A stretch of DNA of 63,516 bases, filler included, from Rhabdomonas costata (lineage: Eukaryota), in NCBI GenBank assembly GCA_019059605.1. It is 40 parts of 40 records of this genome, joined end to end, with 100 filler letters (N's around TTAATTAATTAA, not from the genome) between each part and the next. Parts side by side here need not be neighbours in the genome. Positions count along the whole stretch, not along the records: positions 36,584 to 38,073 come from JAHMHO010014635.1; positions 38,174 to 39,662 come from JAHMHO010014636.1; positions 39,763 to 41,253 come from JAHMHO010014637.1; positions 41,354 to 42,843 come from JAHMHO010014638.1; positions 42,944 to 44,433 come from JAHMHO010014639.1; positions 44,534 to 46,023 come from JAHMHO010014640.1; positions 46,124 to 47,613 come from JAHMHO010014641.1; positions 47,714 to 49,208 come from JAHMHO010014642.1; 32 more parts are not named here. One strand, 5' to 3'. This document shows positions 36,721 to 49,308 of this stretch, piece by piece; the stretch's first letter is position 1, and every line of letters begins with the position of its first letter. The position numbers were made by a program, and so were the translations under genes. Under the pieces are notes generated by a model. It did not search any database and was not told the origin of the DNA. It saw only the letters and a list, made by a program, of their open reading frames with translations.

Positions 36721-37026
36721 GCTTCTAGGAACCCAGCTGAGCACGCCCTCACAGGCCCACTATAGGCCTGTGTAGGTTGGCTGTGAGCTGCCTATGACCA
36801 AATTGGGTGGGATACTAGTGTAGGGAGTTCGACGGTGGACAGTGGCTGGCCATTCGGGCGTGCCGGTGTGGTTGAGGTTCCCTTAGGAAGGCTCGATTCC
36901 CCTGTGTACGGAAGCCCTTAGACGTCCTAAATCGAACATAGTGACCTCGGAAGGCCAGGGGAGGGAATGAGCCGACAAGGAGGACGAGAGTAGCTTTTAA
37001 AGAAAGGAGGGAACGCCCAAAATGGA
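36721..37026 (+). mobile_element. Dispersed repeat family A, copy 2
   Basis: Colinear with 10241-10685 but lacks the TG/family-C insertion; lies upstream of a PMK exon, probably intronic. Confidence 0.85.
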
Positions 37027-37366
37027 ACAAAGGATCCATTCAAAGCTGTAAAGTAGCAAAGAATGAGAATGGCTGTCCCGAAACCCCTCAGTCTTGGCTT
37101 GGCATTCAGTATGGGACGGTTTCGAGCACTTCGAGGTATATTGTCTCACTCCAGTGCGCACCCGCAGCCACAACAACAGAGTGCAGCGCGAGGAAGGCGC
37201 CTTTACCTATTCTTTAGAAGTGGGAAAGATCTTCGGTTACGGTTACCGTGCCTGCTGAGCTTTGCCTCAAGCCATGCGTTCTTTTTAAGTGAGCGATGTT
37301 GGGCACAGCCCGTTGGTCTGCCATTCCATTTGACTCTGCATTTTGGTGTGGGGGTGCCGTCCGCAG

Positions 37367-37448
37367 GTCTTGGGTCCTCGGCATCACTGGTGACAAGCCT
37401 GGTGGGGGCGGTGCTGCAGTACATGGAGGTGGTCAGCCTTCCCCGGAG
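37367..37448 (+). CDS. ERG8: Phosphomevalonate kinase (ERG8/plant-type GHMP kinase), single internal exon
   Basis: GLGSSASLVTSLVGAVLQYMEVVSLP matches the GHMP ATP-binding loop and the following helix of ERG8-type PMK (KTGLGSSAA....V.ALL.Y..VV.L). CAG acceptor, GTACC donor. Confidence 0.7.
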
Positions 37449-40400
37449 GTACCGGTGCACCCGACCGGCGCAACACCCCACCTCTGTACCTCTGTAAGGG
37501 TGGGAATGCCGCTGATGTGACACTCAGGAGATTAGCTCCTCCCATTGCGGAATCATGTGAAGGGTGGTGAGATCAAAAAAGCAGTGTGTGGTCAAACCAA
37601 GAGCTGAAGAATGGGTCATTGAGCTCTGAGCAGACTGGGCGCGCCGAGACATGGAGCTTCCTAAAATCGCGGTGGAATGCGCCATTGAGGTTTCCCAAGA
37701 ACCTCCACCCAGCAGCAGAGGGGTGATCCGAACGTACCGCGAGAAGTGGCCTGATAGCGGGAGAGCATTTGAAATCCCGCCGGAGGCAGAAAAGACCTCC
37801 ACCTAAATAATTTGCATATACAAACTTATACACTGTCCCAGTCACTCATACGTAAAATTGTGCACGTAGAGAGAGTGTGTGTGTGTGTCTGGCAGCGAGG
37901 GGTATTGGAAGGAAGGAAGGGGGTGAGAAACGATGGGCCCATATACATCCGATCAAAAAGCAACTGCCCGAAGCGAAAGTAACTGCTGAAAAACGAAGTA
38001 TGAACCCAAACCTTCCCACGCTACATGTGTTCCGAAGCTCTGGGTGGGTGACTCCGTGACCCGACCCACAACCNNNNNNNNNNNNNNNNNNNNNNNNNNN
38101 NNNNNNNNNNNNNNNNNTTAATTAATTAANNNNNNNNNNNNNNNNNNNNNNNNNNNNNNNNNNNNNNNNNNNNGGTGTTGTTGGCGCGGGGGGGCGCGGG
38201 GGTGATTGCATTCGTTTAATCCGATGTTTGATTCTTCCAGGCTACTGTGTCCCTCGGCAGAGTGCGCAGGCGGACCTAACAAGAGCTCACTCTCGCTGAG
38301 GATACCCAACTTCCTTCGCTTCTGGTCCTGCAGCACATTCAGGAAGACGTCCAGCCCTGCGCCCACACGCCCAAACAATGACAGAGTAGCGAGTCTGGAG
38401 AAGACCCCGCCTGACTCCTTGGTATCAGCAAATATTTTCGGAAAGCACAGCAAACACCCAGACGATCTCAAGACTCAAGTGCAGTATCTGAAAGGTGCAA
38501 GACATGTTGTATCCTTATGTTTTAAATGCTTCAGCACTTCCCCGACCACCAACTTTGTGTGCCGTTTTTACTCAACCCAGGTCTCGCGTTTCTACCTGTA
38601 AATTGTTTGCTTTCTGGCGAACCCCAAACTCCTGTGCCTGTGACCCAGAGCCGGGATTTAGACTCCTCCATGCAGTGTTGTATTCGACAGAAATCTGCAG
38701 CAGCCAGCAAAGGTACAAAGATGACATGGAGTTCGGTTTATTTCTAACTAGGATTCTTACCCAACGACTTGCGGGCGATGCAAAATCTGGTACGAATCTT
38801 ATTCAGCTGCCTATCTAGTACCTATCTAGGGTAGGTAAATCCGCCACCAGGAACACGCCAACGGAAAACGGTATTTCCCACCAACTAATTGCGCCAGAAA
38901 GCCTTTCGTTTCACCCTCGGTGCTGGTCAGCGTATTTGTTGTTAGGAGCCCATATCCGCCCATTTCTGCATCGCGGAGTCACCGTCACCGCCCTTTCGAC
39001 CTCATTTCAATTTCAATCTCAATCTCTCGTGCTGTACGCTGCTTGACCTCTAATTCAAAAGATAGGACACCGGTACGGCAATTTACTCTCAAGAGCATAT
39101 TCCACACAAACCGAGAACGGAGAGGGGAGCAGGAAGTAGCTCCTCCACTTCCGCATTGGGCAAGGGCGGCAGCCCAAGCTCTGCAACAAAAGAAGGAGGG
39201 GAGGCGATCGCACACGGTGCGAATTTCTTCGTCATCATTGGATTGGGAGCATATACATGAGCAATCGGGCCCAACGGTCCAAAAGGCAAATCAAACAATG
39301 ATGCCCAGTCGAAAATGTGGCAATGAGGCCTTCTGCAATCCATGCAGCATGCGCTTAAAAAGGAAAGAGCTTGAAACGCCATGGGCACCTTTTGAATCTC
39401 AAAAGCATCACTCGCTCCGAAGAAAACCATAGTCAGAGCATCCATACGGAAGCGGACAGAAGATAAAAGCACAGTATTCAACCCTGCAGGGCTTGACACA
39501 ACTTGGGCCGGGTCAGGATGCCATTCCAACGGTAAAAGAGCTGCTGAGCTCGGCTCACCTCCGTCGAGTTCAGCTGACATCTGAAACCGGCGACCCCACC
39601 CCCACACACACTTCATCCACACCCAATGAAAGCACCCAGTTTTTCGCAACCTCAAAAAAACCNNNNNNNNNNNNNNNNNNNNNNNNNNNNNNNNNNNNNN
39701 NNNNNNTTAATTAATTAANNNNNNNNNNNNNNNNNNNNNNNNNNNNNNNNNNNNNNNNNNNNGGGGTGGAGGCAATACAAAGGAAACTTTGATAGGTTTT
39801 TTTAAATTGGCAGTATAACTACTGTCCAGGGTGAGCAGACTGACGGACTGACAGATTGGTTTTGGTTCGAAGGCCAGCGCCGTGGAGGGCAGTCCGATGC
39901 ACGGCCGAGCGGGAGGTTCGGGACGATCCACGGGGTGTGCGATTGCTCCGTTTAGCACTGCTGAACGACCGAATCGGACATTTCGGGGGATGTTATTTTT
40001 TGGGGTACGTGAGTTTGGTTTACTCTGCCAACTTCCTCTTAATGCATCTATTTATTTATGCAAAATGGGATTTGTTATACTGTTTTTCTGTACCCTGGCA
40101 GATATACATTAATTTGAGGAGGGTTGATTAATTTATGACCGTTTGGAAGTGCTAAGCATTTAACGCCACCTCCTCCCAAAAACAAGGAAGCCCCCCCCCC
40201 ACTACGATTTTGTGGCAGCAGGCAAACGCATTGCCACGTCCGCCAATTGTTGGCATTCCACCCCTGCCACAACCTTGCAGTTAAGGGGGGGGGGGTCATG
40301 TATTTACTGGCAAACGCTGCGTCTACACCGCAGGAGATAGTGTTGGTACTGCGGGGTGAGTGAAGTGTGTGTGTGTGTGTGTGTGTGTGTCTGATATCTT

Positions 40401-40528
40401 CGGACTACTCAAGGACGGACAGAAACCAAGCCTGCCGTGAGCAGGTTATGCACCTGGCGAGTCCGTCGTTTTGACAAACGTTGACGGGCACCCACACTCA
40501 CACAGAGGAAGGCCTGGGGCACACAAAC

Positions 40529-40759
40529 CTCGCGGCACATCTCGAAGTAGGCAGGCTTTTCAAGCTCTCCGTGGAGATTTTTGGGGAGGCGCTCCCACCA
40601 CTGCGAGATCGTCGTCCGCAGGTTGGGCAGCTTGCGCATCGCTGCGCGCCTGCGCAGGCTCTCCGCGTCGTTGACGTCCATTCGGGCCTGAAGCCGCGCC
40701 GGCGCCGCGGCTACGACGTCCTCGGGCATCTCCTCCGTGACAAGGTTCAAACCTCGAAC
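40529..40759 (-). CDS. Exon of an EF-hand-like protein
   Basis: AG/GT-bounded exon ...ESLRRRAAMRKLPNLRTTISQWWERLPKNLHGELEKPAYFEMCRE with a helix-loop-helix of degenerate EF-hand type. Confidence 0.55.
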
Positions 40760-41388
40760 CTAAGAACAGTCACACTCGTACACCTAGCTGGGCCAATCAG
40801 AACCCGGCGCTCCATAGCACGGTCCAAGCTAGGGCTAGGGTGGAATTAAAAGGTCCAAGGTTCAGTTGTGGGCGAGGTCTCGGGCAAACACGTACCATCA
40901 CTTCAAGTCGGAAGATGTTGGCGTGGTTGCGGGTTGGAGCTATTTCGACTGGATAACACAAAAAGGGAGGGAAGCTCACAGCACCACAGCAGGGCAGCCA
41001 GCGACTTCACCTTTCACGAGCAACATTTCGACACATGATGTGGCAATGACGGATCATCAGTTGCCTCTTTCCCGGCCTTTCGTTTGCGTGTCGGTGTGTG
41101 TGCCAGCGATCGTCATGAGTTCTCGCAAGCACCACGAATGTGCTTCTTGAGTGGGTGGTTGTGACAGGTGACAGGGGGATGCGGCGCCACAGGACCACGG
41201 TCTTGATTTGCACGCTAAGGGCCTCCCAGTCCGTGTTCACGGAGGCCCGCCGCNNNNNNNNNNNNNNNNNNNNNNNNNNNNNNNNNNNNNNNNNNNNTTA
41301 ATTAATTAANNNNNNNNNNNNNNNNNNNNNNNNNNNNNNNNNNNNNNNNNNNNTTTTTGGGGGACTTTCACCCCGGGCAACCTCTCAG

Positions 41389-42566
41389 GTACATGGGTCA
41401 CTTCACATGCCGCCCCAGCGCGAAATGCTCTGTGCTACTTCCGTTCTGCAACACCTTGATCGACCGTCCCACCGACACGCAGCTGCTTCTCTATGAGGTG
41501 GGGATGTGCGCTGGATGGGGGCTGCGGTCGCGCTGGATGGCTTTTCCGAATGCGTTTTGAGTGGGTTTCCCACTCATTGTAAACTTGCGAGCTTGCATCG
41601 TTATTGATAGGCAGGTTCATTCCCCGATACTTCCCCATTTCTTCTGTTCGAAACATTCAACGCGGTTTTTTTGTTGTGTGGCTTCCTGTGCGTAATAAGG
41701 CGCAGACAACCCGCAACCTCATTACGAAAGCAAGCCACTTGAACTGTTGTTATCCAGGAGGCTGTGTGCGCCCTTTCTTTAGGTTAGCCCGTTGAAAAAT
41801 GCTCGCGTGGTTACTGTTGCATGGTTGGGTTTTCGCGGTGGACGAGGGCCAAAGCTGATGAACACCTAAAATTTGTTACGTTCGGGGGTCAGGAAGTCCG
41901 CTCCACCATGGTGGAGCGAGTGGACCCGAACCGTTCCTTCCGAGAGCAGGAGCTGCAGCATGGTGACATCATCGTCTTCCAGCTGGTGCCCCCGGAGGGG
42001 TATGTGTGTCAGCGACTGACTTCTTTCTGCCATCAATAAACCCCATCCCTTTCCCTCCTTTTTGCCCCATGCCTCTCGCATTGCTGTGTGCGATGCAACA
42101 GCCATCACCACCACCACCGCCGCACCTCCATCCACCAACCATGCCGTCTCCTCCTCCTGTCCTCCACCACCTCACTTTTTTGAAATTGTGTTGAAGTCCT
42201 TCGGTTTTACCCTCTCCCTCCTCCTTCTCTTTTTTTTTCTGTGTTTCTGCCCGCTCGGTTGAACACTGGACATTTTGGTGTAGTGCCCTGTGGAACCGCT
42301 GATTATAAACTTCCCAGTCGGAAATTTGCGGGCGTGTTCATCCACTAACTCCTCACGAACTCGAATACGCGATGCTGTTGGGTTGGGGAGCGATTCTCAT
42401 CCCACGATGACATGGCTCTCTCTCTTTAGCAACTCGTACAATTACCCATACGCCCCGGATATCTTCAAGTATATCGAGAAGCGGGTCACAGTGCGCTTTG
42501 CGCCCAAGGACCGTCCCAGCGAAGTGGCGTGCTCCGTGGAGCTGATGAAGGACATGGACCTCATCG
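41389..42566 (+). CDS. USP7: Ubiquitin carboxyl-terminal hydrolase 7 family (UBL region), exons 41389-41497, 41893-41999, 42430-42566
   Basis: YMGHF...DTQLLLYE|EVRSTMVERVD...ELQHGDIIVFQ...|YPYAPDIFKYIEKRVTVRF...VELMKDM matches USP7/UBP12 (YCGH...DTSLILYEEVKP...ELMDGDIIVFQ...RVDVIF). Confidence 0.9.
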
Positions 42567-42743
42567 GTTAGTGTGTTTGGGGTGTGTGGGTGTGACCTTC
42601 TCAGTCGTCACATTGTCTTAAGTCTCGCGACTGCTCGAGACGTTCACCTTCACGCAACTTACCAGGTATGTTCCCAACCAGGCACCTGCTGTCCCCCCCC
42701 CCCCATGTTCTGGGGAAGTCCTGGTTAGGGTAGGGCGGGGGTT

Positions 42744-42832
42744 GCCTTCAGCTTAACGCCGACTCGAGACCAGAGTGTTAGACAGTGATATAGATTCGAG
42801 CCGATTTCTCTGACAGTATCCGTACCAGTGTT
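42744..42832 (+). mobile_element. Short dispersed repeat family C, copy 2 (downstream of the last visible USP7 exon, probably intronic; truncated by contig end)
   Basis: Colinear with 10403-10492. Confidence 0.8.
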
Positions 42833-45200
42833 TACCCAACACCNNNNNNNNNNNNNNNNNNNNNNNNNNNNNNNNNNNNNNNNNNNNTTAATTAATTAAN
42901 NNNNNNNNNNNNNNNNNNNNNNNNNNNNNNNNNNNNNNNNNNNTCAGTGACCTTCAAGGTGCGACTCTCCACTCCCACAAGCACTCCAAACCGGCACAAG
43001 GCAGTAACCTGAATCACGGCAGGGCTGACCTTCCTCTGGGTTGAAGAAACTCGACCTAAACGCGATCGTCTCCCTGCTCAGTGTGAACAGTGTGCTCAAT
43101 GTAGTTTTTGTACAATGCATTCAAATTGTTGCCTTTCCTTGTTTTGGTGTTTGTTTGCTCCCCAGAGTCTCTAGGCACAGCCGTAGTAAGATGAGTGCGT
43201 GTGTGAATGTAATCCTAACCTTAACCCTAAAATCTCACTCTCACTCACCTGTAGTCCATGTTTTTGTGCTGTTTTGTTGGCTTTGTTCTCGGTGGAGCCA
43301 GAGCTGAATTGACGAAGGCGGATTTCTAACGCGTCGAGCTCAGCGGATAGTAGTCTTGTTCGTGGTGCTTTGATTTATTTTTGTTTGGCTCCAGCGGTCT
43401 CTTTGCGGCCATACATATAAATTTCTGTGCAGAAAAGTGCAGCGTCGGGATTTGTGGCAACAGTGTGCTCCTTCTCCGGCTGCGCTGACTTGTGACAAAA
43501 TGGATTAAGCTACTTAGGCCCAGAAAACACCCAAGAGAATCCATCCAGCACACCTGCCCGCCAATATGCGCCGATCTTTCAAACGCAAAATTTTCCACCA
43601 CAGAATAGTGTCAAGGTTTGGTTCCCGTGCCGGACCTTATATGCGGCGCGGCGCCATTCGTTCAAAGTGCTACGTTTGAGCTTTCTAAGAGCAATGCCGT
43701 CTTTTTTGTTTATGCCGGCCGCTCGTCCCGGAAACGCGCAAGACAACATGGGGACGACTTTGTTCCTATTTGGAGATTGTTATTTTTGCATAACGAGGTT
43801 GCTTTTACTTTTGCCGACGCGCCCCGGCCCCGTCAAAGGTGATTCCCTTTCGGGCCCCAAAGCCGGAATTTGAAAAAAAACAATCAGTCGCAGGAGAAAG
43901 TTTCGCTTTTTCTCGCCGTTACCGGGGTTCTTATTTCTGCTTAATTCCCCCTCGTAAAACTTTCGATTTTCCCGCCGTCCCGCTTTCCAGCTTTGTTATC
44001 GGCAACCGCTGTCCACAAGACTCCGCCTTTTTGCGCCGACCACTTCTTGCAATCCGGTCTCTTGCTTCCTTTGTTTTTTCTCGGTCGTTTTCGGTAAAAA
44101 AAAAATCTCCGAAGGCATCGTCGTAAACGCGGCCGTGTTCATGGTGTTGATGGCCGGGAACTGCGGGCACCGCAAGACGCTGGAGGGGTGCAGAACAATT
44201 GGTTGGGGGACTTGGGTCACCGCGTTTTACCCCGCGGTGGTGCCCCAATGTGTGGCCGGGTGACCGGTGATGCTTCGGGTCCAGCTGCTGTGGTTGGATG
44301 CCGCCTCAAATGTGGGTCGAACAAGCTACCCAAGAAGAGGTCGTGATGGAAAGGCGGGTACCGGGGCATTGGCAAGAACAGACTTACTGGCAATTAAACA
44401 AAACCCCCAAACACACCCCCCACACCCACCACANNNNNNNNNNNNNNNNNNNNNNNNNNNNNNNNNNNNNNNNNNNNTTAATTAATTAANNNNNNNNNNN
44501 NNNNNNNNNNNNNNNNNNNNNNNNNNNNNNNNNTAAAGTGCGTTACAGTGTCGTAAACTCAGAACAAGCAATACAAATTAAGACCTTTCTCTGATACAGG
44601 TGGAAACAAAAATGGCAAGGGGATGGGACGATGGCAAGCACACAGGGTCCGAGGAGACCAGGTTTAAATGGGTCACACACGTTCCTCTGAGTTTTAGGGT
44701 GTAGCTATCCTTGCCGTACCGGGCACAAAAGGGTCAAAGTACACCATTCGGAGTGTACCAATCTGGAGCGCTTTGCGTCACATATGATCACAAACTCATC
44801 AACAGCTCAGAAACACCGCCCGCATTCTGCCATGTAGTCGAATTCATCACATCCAGGACAAAGACACGATTCATGAAATAAAAATGTCCAGGGCAACATT
44901 AACGTGTTTCAACAATATGCCCCCGACTCGTTCCTGAGATCTGATGGTGGTAACATGCTGATAAGGGTTTGCAGCGGTTACCGAGCCAAAGCCGTACCTC
45001 TAGCTCAACATGGACTGCGTCAAGAAGGAACTTTTTGATCAGAGATTGAGATACAGCCTTCTCCTCCGAACCAAAAATAGATGCGCCGGTTTTCTTGTTC
45101 CGATGGACATTGTTAAACGACCTCAAATTGACTTCGCAGGCCTCGTTCTGGTGACAGTTTTGAATGGTGCATATCTGACCTTGTTCTTGTTTCTGCGAAG

Positions 45201-45987
45201 GGAGTCGCAGTGCATGGAGCGTGAGCGTAAGCTGCAGCAGGTGGAGATCACCCGGCAGCAGCTCGAGCTGCTGGTACAGCGCGAGAAGGAGGTGGCTCAG
45301 TACCAGGTGCCTGCAGTCACACCGCTATACTATCCCCGTGCCGATGCTTTAGTTTCTGGAATGGGTTTCAGCCATACACGCAGGGTCACTTTCCAACCCG
45401 CCATGAGCTGCAGCCAACATTATCGAACTCCAGGGTTCCGCAATCTCTCGTTGGCACGCAGGCCAGACTTTCTTGAGTGCGGTTTATAGGCTCTCTGGGG
45501 ATTTGTGCGGATACCTTTCGTGGGTTACCTCGCTCAATGTGTCATGGCTCGGCCGGTTTTTTTACTATTTCACGTTACATCGTAAACTCAGAACACACGT
45601 TCTTTGACCTCAGTATTATGAGAAACAATTTAAATGCATATGTGCCCGCCTGACGGCATTGTATATCGTTCCCGAGACTTTGGAAACTCGTTGCATTCTG
45701 AAATCTGATTTTGGGGATATAACTTCCCTTAGATTGCTGCCGTGGACTGCGGCCATCGCGCTGCGAATGATGCCCCTTGTGCGTGATTACCGGCAGGGCT
45801 CTTACCCTACCTCTGCAAACCGGAACAGTGGTGTTAACTTCGGTCTTTGATTAAGCGCCAGGTTTACCGATGAGCAACGGGTTCTGGTGCGGCGCCTTAG
45901 GTCGTGCTTGAGGACTCCAATTCCACCATTGCGGCGCTGAAGACCCGCGTGGAGCAGCTCTCCCAACAGCTGCAAATGCAGATGGAG
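45201..45987 (+). CDS. Coiled-coil protein, exons 45201-45306 and 45913-45987
   Basis: ESQCMERERKLQQVEITRQQLELLVQREKEVAQYQ|DSNSTIAALKTRVEQLSQQLQMQME; heptad pattern, GT-AG bounded. Confidence 0.65.
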
Positions 45988-47764
45988 GTTTCCCCGAAAT
46001 CCGTGCCGGAGGCCACCAACCCCNNNNNNNNNNNNNNNNNNNNNNNNNNNNNNNNNNNNNNNNNNNNTTAATTAATTAANNNNNNNNNNNNNNNNNNNNN
46101 NNNNNNNNNNNNNNNNNNNNNNNGTGTGGGGGGGCGCATAATGGGGTATTATAGCCATTATACTATAATATCATTATCTTTAACTTTAATGTACTCAGCT
46201 TGTGACATCCAGTGCAACCGCTGCATCGTTGCTGGTAAGGATAACAATCACCCAGACACGAGCCCATTGTGACACACTGCAACATAACGCAGCCCCAGCG
46301 ATCGCATGAAAACAGTATCCATCTTCATGAGTGTGTGCGTGAAAGTTGGCAGGCCGGGGAGAACTGAAGACTGGTGGTGAGGAGGGAGTACAAAAAAAAG
46401 GAGAGCAGCAATTTGCAAGCAAAACGCCGCACCTGAACTGAAAAGGAGATGAAAAGTTGGAAGTGGTTCTTTCAGCCTCCAAAAAAAAACGAGGCTGTGG
46501 GACGAAAGGACAGGAAGAGTAGGAGAGTCATCTCCGCCTCCTCTGTTGTGCCCTTTGTGTGTCCATATACCGGAGCACCGCTGCCCCAGGGGAGGATGTG
46601 GCAATGACAGGGGGAGCGACTGTGGGAACGGGCGCACAGCGAACGACGAGAATGAAGGAGAAAAGTTACAAGGACAATGTACTCGCACGCGCGTACACCG
46701 GGCTAAAAAGAGAAAGACGGGTTTTTGTTTCAACGACAAAAAAAACGGAAATGGGGGACCCTGGGCGGGTCACGAGACAACTAGAACTCTGTCGTTTCGT
46801 GGAGACTGCGAGTGTGTATGTGCATGTGCGTGTGGGTTGATGCATGGCAGTAATTTACAGGATGAGTCCGAATTTCAAGTGTATGAGTAAGTATTTTGCA
46901 CAACTTTGCATCCGGCAGGAGGTGAGAAGGGGCATACAGGTGATATGGGCTTGGACAGCATCACAGACAGAAGCGCAGAGAGAGCGGAATCGGAAGCTCG
47001 AAGAGAAGGCAAAAGAAAGGAGAGAAGAGGAGCCATTCAAGCAGTGAAGGAAAAAGGTTCAAGCGCAAAGAAAAAGGAGGTTTCCTGGCCCCTGCAGCTT
47101 GTGCAGGCAGTGCAAGTCAGGTAGAAGAAAACATGGGGGTCCTTGTCGACTGTATGGGGGTGCCCATCTGCGGGGGTGGAAAAGCGAAGGAGAAAGTGTT
47201 CATATGTTGCGGGAAGTGACAAGGGGTCGCTAGGGGAAGTGACACAAGGGGTCGCTACAGAAGTTGCATGGATTTGCGGGAGATGATCGCAGAGAGCAGG
47301 GTAGGTATTGTGATTTTTTAGGGGCATGTTCACAGGAAAACGCGCCGTGCGAGCGGACACTAGGAAAAAAAGGACTGCATTGATAATGTTCGGAGATTCA
47401 CTGGGAAGGTGGAAAGGCTGTGAAAACGAAGCAGCGGGACCTGTGAAGAAGGAAAAAAAAAGGATGAAAAAACCTCACTGCAAAATAAAAAATCTGAGAA
47501 AAGAAACCTCCCCACCCCACAAAAAATACAGGGAGAAAAGAGGACGTAAACAGTTGCACAGCACAACGCACATTTGCAAACACACACGTCTTCCCAAAAC
47601 ACAACCACAACCCNNNNNNNNNNNNNNNNNNNNNNNNNNNNNNNNNNNNNNNNNNNNTTAATTAATTAANNNNNNNNNNNNNNNNNNNNNNNNNNNNNNN
47701 NNNNNNNNNNNNNTGTTTTGGGGGAAGTGTTGGGCCTTGACGCTCCCTTTTGCTCTCAGCCGCG

Positions 47765-47804
<40 letters not shown>

Positions 47805-48074
47805 CATTCATTAGCCTCACGGCTATCTCGCTGGGCTTGTAGGACACTTTTTGCACCGGGGTTCTTCTCGCACTGCAGTATGGGTCTGATGATTCTTTAG
47901 TCTCAGTCTATCTCGGCGTGAGGTGCAGACTTCAGAGTTGATCGTGAAGTGATCTGGGACGGTACGGTTTCACTCTTGGGTGTGTGCCGCATAAACTGAA
48001 TTCACTTCGCTTCGCCTCCTCTGTATCTCCTCGAAAACATTCTTCCCTTTCGTCCCTCCTTCACCTTCCCCAAG

Positions 48075-48807
48075 GATCAATCCCTGCGAGTACGGTTGTC
48101 GGGCTTCCCCCAAAGAGCCTACAAAGTGAGGAGGCGAAGTCCCCGCTGACCAGAGCAGATTCCAATCGAGCCGCGCGGAGCGCTGGGCGCACCTCCGCGC
48201 ACCTGCAGGACTCCGACGATGGCCACCAGTGCTCGCGCTGTGGGAAGCAGAAGACCCCCATCATGGCCGGGTATGTTGGTGTGGGTGCTGGCTGTTATTT
48301 TGGGTGCTTGCTGATGTGCACAAATTTATCATCTCCAGTTGCACTCCCTTTTGCACAGCAGCCCTTTTGTGAGGTAAACTTTTGCGTTGCATTCCCTATA
48401 CAATATGTATTTGCTTTGGAGAAGGAGCGCTTTGCTTGCTGTATGCCACGGGTGCTGTTGCGTTGATGCACGCTGGTGGCGTGGGAAACGTATTTCTTTT
48501 CGTCCTATGTAATCCCCTCAAAGACACAAAGACACTGACTGACACCCCCCCCCAAAAAAATAAAAGAGCACATTCTACTGAAATTTCGCTTGGGTCTAAC
48601 CATTGAATAGCATAATTTCATTTCTCCATAATTCCAATGTGATGAGTATCTGATGAGCTTTTGGTATAATGTCGAGCTCCGCGAGGTACACATTCCCCCT
48701 CACAGCCAATTTACCCCAGAGGGCGTCGTGAGCCTCGAAGTTGAGGATATCGGAGGGGACCTTCGGTGCGGAGTATGTGGCAAACGCAAACTCCTCAGTC
48801 TCATCGG
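48075..48807 (+). CDS. Protein with repeated CxxCGK (zinc-knuckle-like) units, exons 48075-48270 and 48706-48807
   Basis: HQCSRCGKQKTPIMAG and LRCGVCGKRKLLSLIG both end phase-2 exons at the same relative position. Confidence 0.55.
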
Positions 48808-49308
48808 GTGCGCCTCCTTCCTCCCAATGGCCCCATGACCTCTAACCCCAACTCACCCCAAACACCTCAAACAAGATCAGGATTTCAGGAAGGCACAAAA
48901 GTTGCACGTGTTGCGCAGAAACCAGAATCTAAAGGCAGCCTCGTGGATCACAGTTCTGGGTCACGGTGATGATGGATTTGTTAAAGTTTTGGAGGAGAAT
49001 TTAAGGCTGTGAATAATTCCGGGCAGCGCTTCCAGGGGCCTGTATATAGACCCCGCTGCTAAAATTCAGCACAACAATATGGTATTTAAGAAAGCCACTT
49101 TGTCGTTGTCGTAGTCGTCGTCTTGGCTGGCAACGGGCTCTTTGCTTTTTCTCGATTAGCCAAGCTCTCTCTCTCCCTTGCTGAGGTTTTCTGCATTCCC
49201 CCCCAACCNNNNNNNNNNNNNNNNNNNNNNNNNNNNNNNNNNNNNNNNNNNNTTAATTAATTAANNNNNNNNNNNNNNNNNNNNNNNNNNNNNNNNNNNN
49301 NNNNNNNN

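Noticed and set aside
44541-45595. Direct repeat TCGTAAACTCAGAACA at 44551 and 45580
   Set aside because: A single 16-bp match in adjacent introns, with no element structure between the copies.
48650-48690. CTGATGAG as a hammerhead core
   Set aside because: No GAAA after the potential stem II and no stem I/III; it lies just upstream of an exon acceptor.
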